This document shows, in pieces, positions 49,854 to 60,368 of a DNA stretch of 64,000 bases. The stretch comes from Schizochytrium sp. TIO01. Its lineage: Eukaryota; Protista; Bigyra: Labyrinthulomycetes. Made by a program: the position numbers and the translations under genes. Each line of letters starts with the position of its first letter. Positions within the stretch are counted from its first letter, which is position 1. The notes beneath the pieces were generated by a model. That model did not search any database. It was not told where the DNA came from and saw only the letters and a list, made by a program, of their open reading frames with translations. Where the stretch lies: assembly GCA_004764695.1 (NCBI GenBank), contig SMSO01000007.1, forward strand, positions 2,053,270-2,117,269, given 5' to 3'.

Positions 49854-52085
49854 ATTAGCTCGTTCTGCCAAATTTGATGCAAGCTTCACCCATATAGTGC
49901 AAGTATTGTTCATTGTGTTGTTTAAACATAACTAGAGCATTCTCTTGAACCGACACGTACACTGCTTGTTAAATTTAACCCTTTTAACGCAAAGAAAATG
50001 ATGAATGCACAGGATAAAAAGGTTTTGCATGCATATTTCATTTTTGGAAGCCGTCTTTAAGTAACAAAGCGAACGCAACAATCAAATATAGGTGTGAGTA
50101 CGTCTGGTAAACCTGAAGTAAAACAACACCATCGTATAAGTTCTCAACCTCTAATAAGCATGTGAAGAGTTATTGTGCATCCAAATCAAAGGATCAATTC
50201 CAGGAGTTGGGGTAATTATTACTACAAACGATTTCATGCTAATAGCTGATTTCTATCCAATGATACAAAACAATTTTGAGTGATGTACTAGCCAAGCATG
50301 ATAACAATCATGATAATCTTGTCGACATGACCCTCCGATAGGTCATGTCAACAACTACAGAATCAGCACTGCCAGTTTATAATAAGCTATAAGTCAAGAT
50401 CGAGGATACACGATTCTCTTCATGGCTATTCATAATTTCTCGAGTCGTCTACCGGTATAACTTTCATGAAGATATTGCTAGCTGAATGTTCATTGTGGCT
50501 CAATAAGAGATGACCTCGTTAGGCAGGTATGTAATGTAAATTGACTCTGCCTTTTCTTAGCCCTGAGAGGTGCAAGTACTTCGATGCCAAAGATCTTCCA
50601 CATTTTTTTCATCACATTCAAATGAAGGTGTCTGAGTAAAATGTAATAAAGGTATGAGAGACAAGCTAGCCTATCTTTTCTAATATGTCTAGGTCAGGTA
50701 TCATTTGTTTCTTGTCATTTAATAATGGATATTGTAACAATATTAAGCTAGGTACCTTGACCTTACCCAATGGATCCCTTCGGCTCGACACAAGATGTTC
50801 ACCAGAATTTAAAAAAACTGATATCGCCCTTTCCTTTTCTCTTTCACCTGAATTTGCCATCCTTGTCAGACTACCCCTGCGCCCCCCAATAGGCAAGCTA
50901 ATATGCAATAATGATGCATATGAATTAGCCTAATCCGAATTTCAATTCTATTATCACCAGATCTATTGTTCTAAAGGCTCATGTTTTCAATGCCTTCGCA
51001 AGCCTCCTTCAAAAATCTTGCCTTCTTCATGAGAGTTCGCACCTAGTTAATGAGAATGCAACTTTCAGTGAACTCCTACACTACAAGTTGTGAACATTTC
51101 TAAAGTTTTATTGTAAAAATTAAGTCTTCGTTAGCTGAACACTCCTCACGCTATTGCTTAGCTTGTTTTTTTTTCAGTCACCACACCGCAAGCTTGCAAA
51201 CTAGAGCAATCTGTCAATAAATGTCGCTTTCGACAAAGTGAATCACTCCAATTATAAACGTACCAAATTCAAATGGCATTAAATCTGTTGGTCTCGTTGG
51301 GTTTATATTCTTCGTCCAAATAGTTGCAGTTTTCAATGAAAATATGGCAAGTCAGTAAATCACAGAACGAATGAAATCTGAGCTACCAACTTAATTACTC
51401 AGAGGGAAAGAGTAGTGGCAAGGATAGAAGGAAGTGGAAAACCTTGGCAGACTTACAATCGAAATTTAGAATTATGTACCAGTGCCAAATACAATATCAT
51501 CCAGCGTGTTCATAGATAGCACATAGTTATGGGAAAGACTTTTGTAAACTACTAACCTAACCTGAAAGCTATAGCCACAATAAAGCAAATCACTTGTTGT
51601 CAATCATATTCAATTTTCACTGCCACCATGAATTATAATGACTGACCTTGCATAACTTGTAGATCAAGACAAATCAACTGCAGTCATTAAATACCTTGAT
51701 AGTCTGAAACTGATATATTCATTTGGACTGTCCACTTGTCGGATAAAGTCTAATCGGGCGTATGCACGCGCCATCCTCCTTCTATAAACACAGAGCTAGC
51801 GCCAAAACATCAAGAGGAGATAAATTCCTTAAAAAAGGTTTTGAAACAGCAAAATCAATTGGGAAAAAGTGAAATTTAGGTGTACAGCGTTGAATATAGG
51901 TACTTGGCGTGCAGTTATTAGCATAGCACAATTGCCGGAATTCGACAAAAAAAGGTGATCAAGCACTGAAGCGATAAGATCAACAATGAAGGTGTTCAAT
52001 CAGTGGGTGTTGTATCTTTTGCACAGTTTAGTAGGATTCTTACTACATTGTTTGGTGATCAGGGGGCTTTGGGTATTTTAAAAAA

Positions 52086-53117
52086 TCAGATCTGGATGGC
52101 GAGGTCATTTTCATCAAAGTTGGGTGTGAAGGTTGATGAGTGGTGTCGTCTGGCGCCGTTCTCCTTACTTCGACGCCCCTTTTGTCGAATGCTCTTGCGA
52201 GGATGTGTGTCCATATCACTGAACCTTTTATAGCCGGACGAGGTAGACTCCGGGCTTTGGCAACATGCATCCATAATGTCTGGGTAGCATGTCATCGGGG
52301 CATATGGGAGCTGTGCTGATGAGCTTATGCTTGAAGCTGTGTTCATAGGCATTTGTAATACCTCTCCACGCTTGAGACGCTGAATTGCCTTGGTCAACAC
52401 CAAGGTCTGAATTTCTGTGAGTTTCATAATACGACGCAGTTTGACCCCATCGAGGTAAGGAAGCAACGTGCCGTTGACAGCATGCTCGCGAAAAGTATCA
52501 TTTAAGTGTCCAAGGTTGATACTCTCGAGCCAACCACGAATCTCTAAAGGACCCCAATCGAGAAAGTTGCCCTGCTCCTGGTAATACCCAACTTTTCTTG
52601 CCCTTTGTACTGAGTACCAGAGGCTGTCAAGAATAAGTTCAGACTCGCCAAGCTCACCAACATGAAGTCGCGAGGCAAAATCCGCTTTGCTCAATCGGAA
52701 TAAGACACTCCCGTGCACTGCAGCACTTTGAAAGCGGCCAATGAGGAGCTCAAGTCCTCGAGTTGAGAGCCACTGCATGACTCCTGTGCAGTTCCATTCC
52801 CATGTGGTATAGTCAATCACTTTGCCCTTTAGATCATCCAGGGCCCAGAGCAGAGAGGCCTCATGTAAAGGGTTTGACAGACCTAAGCAACGCTCGAATT
52901 GATCTTTTCTGAGATCAAGTAGAGTGGGGCCATCCACACCATTCTCCAGAAAGCGGGGCACGTACTCCGAGAGACCAATGAGGTTGAGCCAGGTGGCAAC
53001 CATTGGCGCAGACCAAAATTGGGCCTGACTTTCAATTTTTGTGCGAGAGTGATCACGAGAACCTCCTCGCCGCCCCGCCCGGCTGGGGTCTTTCCAAAAT
53101 AGCCAACATCCACACAT
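52086..53117 (-). CDS. Protein with three tandem SAM (sterile alpha motif) domains, liprin/kazrin-like, 343 aa
   Basis: Three W-x3-V/I-x2-WL-x2-iGL...F....V(D/H/N)G..L repeats (WSAPMVATWL, WNCTGVMQWL, WGPLEIRGWL); AATC-ATG context with in-frame upstream TAG; single exon. Confidence 0.9.
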   Translation of the reverse strand: MCGCWLFWKDPSRAGRRGGSRDHSRTKIESQAQFWSAPMVATWLNLIGLSEYVPRFLENGVDGPTLLDLRKDQFERCLGLSNPLHEASLLWALDDLKGKVIDYTTWEWNCTGVMQWLSTRGLELLIGRFQSAAVHGSVLFRLSKADFASRLHVGELGESELILDSLWYSVQRARKVGYYQEQGNFLDWGPLEIRGWLESINLGHLNDTFREHAVNGTLLPYLDGVKLRRIMKLTEIQTLVLTKAIQRLKRGEVLQMPMNTASSISSSAQLPYAPMTCYPDIMDACCQSPESTSSGYKRFSDMDTHPRKSIRQKGRRSKENGARRHHSSTFTPNFDENDLAIQI

Positions 53118-55122
53118 GATTCTGTCAATGCTCTACAATTCCGCCAAGGCGTTTTGTCTCGCCAGTGACAATTGCGTTATGCTCCGCTCCGCTTTCCTGA
53201 AGATGTATCAATACTTTGTCTGCTCGTCAATAACCCCAATTCACTTCGCGCTCTATAAGCGAACCTACTATTTGCGAATAGCTGAGTAGCTCCAGTTGGA
53301 GCTCTTTTGGCTTGACGCACCTCGTACCGCTGAGTTGAAGGTTTCCCTCGGCTCTTGAATTGTACGCAGCGAGATAGCAGGAGCTACTCGACCCGCGTGA
53401 CGCTGCTCGAGTCGGCGGGACTGAAGCAGAGCCCGAATTTCCTTCCCGTGCCTGCAGTCGCCGAGAGTCTTAATTCAATTCCACAGGTTTTGCCCCAAAG
53501 CAAAAATGGACGAGCTGGCACGCGACCGTATAGGTAAATGCGTGCCCGTGCCCGGAGGACAGGAAGAAGATGAGAACCCTTTAGGCTCCACGCTACCACG
53601 CCCGATCTGAGGTGAGGTCCGGCCTTTGCAGGCAGGTCTCTCGCTGGCGAGATCAATAGACCAGCTTCTCAGCTCCCAAGCCTCTCGCAGCAGCGAGCTT
53701 TGTCGCGAAGTTGTAAACCCCACCGCCGCTGACTTCGTTTCGCAATTGCAATTTATGCCACAGTCGCTTTCTTTCTCTCTTCTTTCCTTTATTCTCTCTC
53801 TGACTCGCCTACTTATAACAGTGGTAAGAACTATTAGGAATCAACGATACTAAAAAGGCGAACCAAAAGAATTGTTCGAGTACAATCAAATGAGTTCCAC
53901 GATAGAGGCGATGCCGGCAGGTCTCAGTCCTGGGATGCAGCAAAGGCGATGTGCCTCGCAGGCCAGTGATTCAACTGGGCTGCGCTGTCTCACGCGAACC
54001 CCGAAGAGCCTGCAGCTCCGCAAAGAAAGGAGAGAACCGAAAGCTTTGGCTTTCTTGATCTACCTAGTATCTATTTGTTTATCTCTTTCTTTTTTCTTTT
54101 CACGCTGACTTATTTATTTGCTGTAAAAGTTTCCTACTTCCTTTGACTGCGGCCACGCGAGAGCACCTGCAGGCGCGGAGGTTCGCCGATTGCTGAGCTT
54201 GGCAACGAGGTACCTACCCCTGCTCAGGGAAACACGCTTGCGGTCGAAGACCTTGGGCGGTCCAGCACCAGCGAGCAAGCACAGGCGCAAAGAGGCAAGC
54301 CAGCAGTCTTGCGAGCGGCTTGGGTTTTGCAATGCAGTGCTGTTATAAAGGCAGCCACTTGAAAGTTTTGAAACCGAGCCCACAGCGGCCAGGAGGTTTC
54401 CAGGCCCGAGACCTGCGCTTTCCTCCTGCTTCCGCAACGACGCCACGTCAAAGGTCTCAGCTGTACCGTCGAGCTCCGCTGCTCCCTCGAGCAGACAGCT
54501 TTGGTGTTGATTTTGGTGTTGATTGATGGGTTTGTTGACCTTGTTTGCCGCTCGCTAATTGCCCCCCCTCGGGTCTCCACTTAAGAGCGAGCGAGGAGTA
54601 CACACCTGCAAGCTCTCCTTTCCCCTCTCTTTGCCGTCGCTCTTTTTTCGCCAAGAAAGGCCATTCCACCCTTAGTCCTCAGTTAGCAGCCGCTAGCAGT
54701 GCCTGCCTTCTTCTGTCTGTCTCTGAGGGTCTTTCGTTTCGTGTCGCTGTTTCTAAGAAAACAAGAAACCGAGTAAAAAGAATTGAAAGGCCGTCATATC
54801 ATCCTTGTTTTCTTGCCCCTTGTGCCACGATAAAAAACTCCATTGATTCATCATCACTTGCCAACCAAGTTTTTGCTCGGCTCGTTTATTTATCCTTTCT
54901 CGTCTATGGCGTGGAAGGCCTCTCGCAAAAGACCGCCCCGCGGGAGGTAGACTCGGGCTTGGGTCGTGCAGAGCTGGATGGTGGCGACGAACATTGCGCG
55001 GGTAACTAAAATGGCACAAGCTCCTGGCGCCGCGCCGCGAGAGCAACCCTGGAGCGCCTTCCGTCGCGTGGAGGTTTCTTCGCTTCGTTTCCTCGTCTTG
55101 AAAGTTCTCTCTCAATCGATCG

Positions 55123-55376
55123 AACAAACAAACAAACAAACAAACAAACAAACAAACAAACAAACAAACAAACAAACAAACAAACAAACAAACAAACAAA
55201 CAAACAAACAAACAAACAAACAAACAAACAAACAAACAAACAAACAAACAAACAAACAAACAAACAAACAAACAAACAAACAAACAAACAAACAAACAAA
55301 CAAACAAACAAACAAACAAACAAACAAACAAACAAACAAACAAACAAACAAACAAACAAACAAACAAACAAACAAA
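55123..55376. repeat. (AAAC)~63 microsatellite
   Basis: Direct reading; source of the spurious FVCL and QTNK ORFs. Confidence 0.97.
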
Positions 55377-55832
55377 AGCAATCGATGCACCTCTCATTGG
55401 CTTAGTGTCAAAGCAGTCTTCCCGTTTCGCGCTTTTCCTTCCATCGCGCATTAGTTACTTACCTAAGTAGGCAGTGGTTACTTTCGCCGCTACAGACAAA
55501 AAATTAAAGTGCGACGACGGTCAACCACAAGACAAAGCAGCTTCGATTCTTTTCACTATCTTTCACGCTCGTGGTTGGTTATTCGCCCACTTGTCAGGCA
55601 TCGCGTGCGTGCGTGGTTTCGCTCCGTCACCCGGCAGCAGTTGTCGCACAAGGAACCCTTCACAAACTTTGCCTTTGCTTTTTTGAATCACGTTCACGGT
55701 GGAGTTCTCGAGTTCTCGATTGTGGTTTTCCAAGATGGATCACCGTTTCCTGGAGTTGACATCGGGTGAAATACATGGCGCTAGGGGCGATGAAACGACC
55801 GCTCCCAATCAACCTATGTACTACTAGCGGTA

Positions 55833-55835
<3 letters not shown>

Positions 55836-55866
<31 letters not shown>
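55836..55866. repeat. T31 homopolymer
   Basis: Direct reading. Confidence 0.9.
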
Positions 55867-56507
55867 CACTTTGCGAACTTCTAATTGAGCACCGGGAGTT
55901 CGAAATCATTGAGGTTTAAGAGCCTACTGCACTGCTCTCTCCTTCGCAAGCGAACGAGCCGACCAACCTCGTCTAGGGACTTTCCGAAGCAGCCAGCCTG
56001 CCAGCCTATCTGCCTGCCTGCGACACGCTGATGTCATGAAGGACAGGCGACCGGAATCCGGTTCGATGGCTCTGCAGCACGTCAACGCTACAATTTCTTC
56101 CCCAGTCAACCGCACTTTTCCTCTGATCTTCACCTGTATATATGATGGATAGTTAGTTCCATCCTTTGCGATTGTAGGGAATCCATAAAATCTGGGGTCA
56201 TCAGGGTTCACAAGAATTGTAATTCTCTGGGCCGGGAAAGCCAACCTAGCATCATGTGCTGTTTGTTGGATGTTCAGAATTATGGACAACCTGCTGCTCA
56301 GGTTGCGAGGCTGTCGATTTCAACAATGCGAATGAGGTACGTCGGCAGTGTCGATAGTGAAAGCTCTCGCTGCCAGTCTCAATTTCTCCGCCTTTTATCG
56401 CAGCAGCGGTACGCCACCTTTTTTAATTCTATCTTACGCCTCTCTTTAAGGACCTGCCATTCACAGCACTTGCAATCGACAACCCGCCTCTTGTTGTAAA
56501 TACAAGA

Positions 56508-56575
56508 ATTGATTGATTGATTGATTGATTGCTTGATTCTGATTTTAATTGATTGATTGCTTGATTCTGATTTTA

Positions 56576-56666
<91 letters not shown>

Positions 56667-56689
56667 CATTGATTCATTCATTCATTCAT
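56508..56689. repeat. Compound (GATT)n/(CATT)n array with an internal duplicated unit GCTTGATTCTGATTTTAATT
   Basis: Direct reading. Confidence 0.95.
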
Positions 56690-58670
56690 GGTGTCCGCTG
56701 CATGGGGAGAAGCCAAGTCAATTAGGAAAGGCCTGACGAATGATGTGCCAGCGCATATTTTGTTCAACGACAAGCAACCAACTGGATTTCTCTGATTTCT
56801 GCGCTCCGCTTTAGCGCATTCGACATTTTTTCTGAGTGCCTGCCGGTGGATCGAAGAGAAACTCCGGCATTGAGAGTTGGAGCGGGGTTGTCACTACTGT
56901 TCAACAGACAGCGCAACCGAGGTCAGCACGGAGGTAGACGTGCGTGGCGAGATGAATATTGCCTCGAACGCTGCAATGAGCCTAGTCTGTCATGCTGAAA
57001 CCAAGTTCGACTTGGGTCATACAATTTGAGGAAAAAAGTACTGAGAAGTAGTTGTCACTTATGAGTAGGTTATAATGGAAAATGTTCGATTCAAGAAACA
57101 GGTAAATGTAAACCGGAAGCCCCTGCATCCGCAAAACTCTGCAGGCGCTCGCTCTGGCGCAAAATGCACGCTACCAATGCTCTCTCTCTCTCCTTGGTTG
57201 GGGAGCCCCTCGTGGTACATCTCAGTCTCTTGGGTCCTCGTTGCTATGGGACCTAGAAAAATAAAAGAGAACTTCAAAGCCTCGAAAACCAAAGGAAAAA
57301 AGTAAACTTAAACAAACAGAAAGAAGGAGGAAGGGGAGAAACCTCAGAGGTCGGACGACGGCGAACCCATGAAACGTTCAGAACGATGGAGTAAGTAACC
57401 TATATATCGCTGGCGCGCGAGTATATATATATTGCTTGTTCTGTTTTTGAGAGTGCAAAGACGAATCTCTTTGAGACTTGCGATTGTGGTGGAGCTAGAA
57501 TGCTCCATAGATAGAAGGATAAATGTGCTCAAAACACCAGCGACACATCATCGTGATGGACTTCCATGGCTCGTTTACGCATGAGTTTTGTGAGTGGGTT
57601 TCTGATGTAATAGTTTCTGCAACGTCCGAGTTCATGGGCTTGAGCGTTACTCAACTTGCTGACCAACTTGGGCTTGAACGATGGTAACGGCGACCCACCG
57701 AGAAGGAGAGAGAGAAACAGTCGGTTGATGGGAGGACGTTTTCCTTGTATGAGAGAGCTTATTTTTTCAAAGAGGTTATTCGCCCATCCCACGACCACAA
57801 CAACAAGGTAGTAAGTAGTACTCTCAAAAACCTCTCCTCGGCGACCTGGTCTAGCCCTACTTTCTTGAGCATCTTCATGTAGTGAGCGCACCATAATAAA
57901 AAGCAGTGGCTTGTAGCTGTGACTTGTTTTGATTCCTTCAAATATGATTTCTTGTTCCTCCATTCTTGTATCCTGAGGCAAGCTCAGCTTGGTAACCTCT
58001 GTCTTGATGCACAATTGAACCAGCGAGATTACTCATAACTTATCCTCTGCAAACAAATAATCCTTCGATGTTAGTTCACTTGCTGTGCTATCTTGTGCTG
58101 CGAACATGACCCAAGGCCTAAGGGTGCCCTGAACGCGAGCTCTTGCTTCCTGCTTTTATGTTACCTACACACTGTCGCAGTCATGATATTGGTATCTTCA
58201 CTTGCATGATCTTAACAATAGCAAACACCAAAGCAGCTCTAATTTCCATGCAGTGAGTGATTCTTGTACAAACCCTATTTATCAAAGCGAATCCCACCTC
58301 GTTTCCTCAAAGTTGAATCATATTTACTATCCGTCCCATTCCATAGGGAGACTGCAATTTCTCATGGTTACACTGATACATAGAGGTTACTATAAGACCC
58401 GCAGTCGTGCACGAGCTTGATCAAGATAGCTACTGTAGAAATTCACAGAAGACCAACCAACAATCAAAAGGGACCAAACAAACGTTCAACAGGAGGCCGC
58501 TGCAAGCGCCTCTTTGGAGCGCGAGCGGGCTCGCGTGGGCATTTGCGAAGCTGTATCTAGGTTCAATCAGAGGAAGGTACCCGAGTCACGGCGTTAGCTC
58601 TGGTGTTTCTGTTGGTGCCAAAGGTTGATTGAGCTTGCTTGGTGTCGCGCTTGCCAATCAGGCGAAAATC

Positions 58671-60368
58671 ATGACCGCGGCAGCAATGAATTCGGGCCTG
58701 TGGCGGCGCCTGGTACGCTCTGGAGTGCAGGGTGTGGCCCCTGGGGGCGGCGTCAGCGCTGAGAGTCTCGTGAGGATGTACAAGAATCTCAAGGACGAAG
58801 ATTTTGAGCGGGTTTTGCAAGAAATGTCGCCCAGCATGCCTGGTGAACCTTCTGCGCAGGAGCAGAGTTTCTCTCCTCGCGAAATTTTCGCCAACAGTGA
58901 AATTCATATGGACGAGATTCAAGCCATTGGCTTTGATTACGATTTCACGCTTGTTTCGTATCGTAATGCTCTGCAGAAACTTATCTTTAGGGAGGCCCGT
59001 GACCACCTCGTGGCTACCAAGCGTTATCCGAAGGAGCTTCAGGATCTTCTCGAGTACGACCCCTCATTTGCTATTCGAGGCCTCACTTTCGATACTGAGC
59101 GATGCCTCATGTACAAAATGGACCCCAGTTTTCGTGTAGACCTTACCTGCGTCTTCAAAGGCCGCCAGCGCCTCGAGAGAGACCATGCGCTCGATGCTTT
59201 GGGAGGGAAGCTGCACATGCGCCGCGGTGCCAAAACAGACTCTCTTCGCGGTATCTTTGATCTTTTCAGCCTGGCAGAGGCTTGCTTGCTTTCCGATGTA
59301 ACAGAGTACTTCTTTAGCAACAAGATTGACTTCTCACCTGCGGCAGTTTTTCAGGATGTATCTTCGTCCATCTCGTACGTGCACCAAAGTGGCCTTATGC
59401 ATCGCCACGTTATGGCAGACATGGAGACCTATCTCAAGCCTACGCCAAAGCTCCGGACATTGCTTGAGGAGCTCCAAGACTCTGGAATTGAAACATTTGT
59501 CCTATCCAACTCAGGTTTTGATTACGTTGACGCTGGCATGCGCTACCTCTGTGGTAACGACTGGATGGACCTGTTCCGTGTTGTCGCTTGTGAAGCCGAA
59601 AAACCTGGATTTTACTCCTCAAGCAACCCATTTCGCCAGATTGACTTGGACTCTGCGACTAAAAAAGATACCAAGAAGCGCATCAATTGGGCTGCTGTGA
59701 CACAGCTTGAGCAGGGCAAGGCTTACTGCAAAGGTAATATCGACGACCTCATGAGAATGACTGGATGGAATGGCAATCAAGTTCTTTATATCGGCGATCA
59801 CCTGTTTGCAGATCTGCGGACCCCTGCTCGCTTCCATGGCTGGTGGACAGGTGCGATCATCCGAGAGCTTGAGCACGAAATCCAGGTTGAGCGCTCTCCA
59901 GAGTACGTAGTTCTTTCTCTCAAGATGCAGCTGACAGAGGAGCTCATGCGTCGCATTCAGTGGTCACCACCCGAGAACCCGGCCACTACCTCTGTGACAC
60001 CTTATCTTGACTTTTTCGACAAGGAACGGGCGGCTTTGCGTCAGAATATGAACGATCTTGTCAACAAAAACTTTGGCTCGGTCTTTGTGTCCGCATCACA
60101 CTCTCCGTCGCTATTTTCTTCCTTCATGACCCGTTATGTCGACCTGTATACATCAAGGTTGGAGAATCTATTAGACTACGGCATTCCAGACTATAGATTT
60201 TATCCGCGTAAGAAGCGCACCCTCCCTCACGATCCAAACTTTCGCACTGAGGCTATCACCCGCGTTTTGGAGACAGCCCTGCGCCGAACTGTACGGAAGC
60301 GCGATGTGACCTTGCGTACAGAACTTTCCTTTGCGCATGACGAAGATGACGAAGAAACCAAGAACTGA
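58671..60368 (+). CDS. NT5DC: HAD-superfamily (subfamily IG, cN-II-like) 5'-nucleotidase domain-containing protein, NT5DC2/3-like, ~565 aa, possible mitochondrial presequence
   Basis: HAD motif I GFDYDFTL, motif II FVLSNS, motif III KPGFY, motif IV YIGDHLFADL; also WWTGAIIREL, NFGSVF and RYVDLYTS. First ATG at 58671 (AAAATC-ATG); the track start at 58629 is a TTG. Arg-containing, acid-free N-terminus. Confidence 0.93.
   Translation: MTAAAMNSGLWRRLVRSGVQGVAPGGGVSAESLVRMYKNLKDEDFERVLQEMSPSMPGEPSAQEQSFSPREIFANSEIHMDEIQAIGFDYDFTLVSYRNALQKLIFREARDHLVATKRYPKELQDLLEYDPSFAIRGLTFDTERCLMYKMDPSFRVDLTCVFKGRQRLERDHALDALGGKLHMRRGAKTDSLRGIFDLFSLAEACLLSDVTEYFFSNKIDFSPAAVFQDVSSSISYVHQSGLMHRHVMADMETYLKPTPKLRTLLEELQDSGIETFVLSNSGFDYVDAGMRYLCGNDWMDLFRVVACEAEKPGFYSSSNPFRQIDLDSATKKDTKKRINWAAVTQLEQGKAYCKGNIDDLMRMTGWNGNQVLYIGDHLFADLRTPARFHGWWTGAIIRELEHEIQVERSPEYVVLSLKMQLTEELMRRIQWSPPENPATTSVTPYLDFFDKERAALRQNMNDLVNKNFGSVFVSASHSPSLFSSFMTRYVDLYTSRLENLLDYGIPDYRFYPRKKRTLPHDPNFRTEAITRVLETALRRTVRKRDVTLRTELSFAHDEDDEETKN

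Noticed and set aside
54753-55454. Overlapping FVCL and QTNK repeat ORFs
   Set aside because: Translations of the (AAAC)n microsatellite.
55888-55910. GTTCGAA T-loop/B-box-like motif
   Set aside because: No cloverleaf or A box can be built around it.
56379-56681. SINQ-repeat ORF
   Set aside because: Translation of the (GATT)n array.
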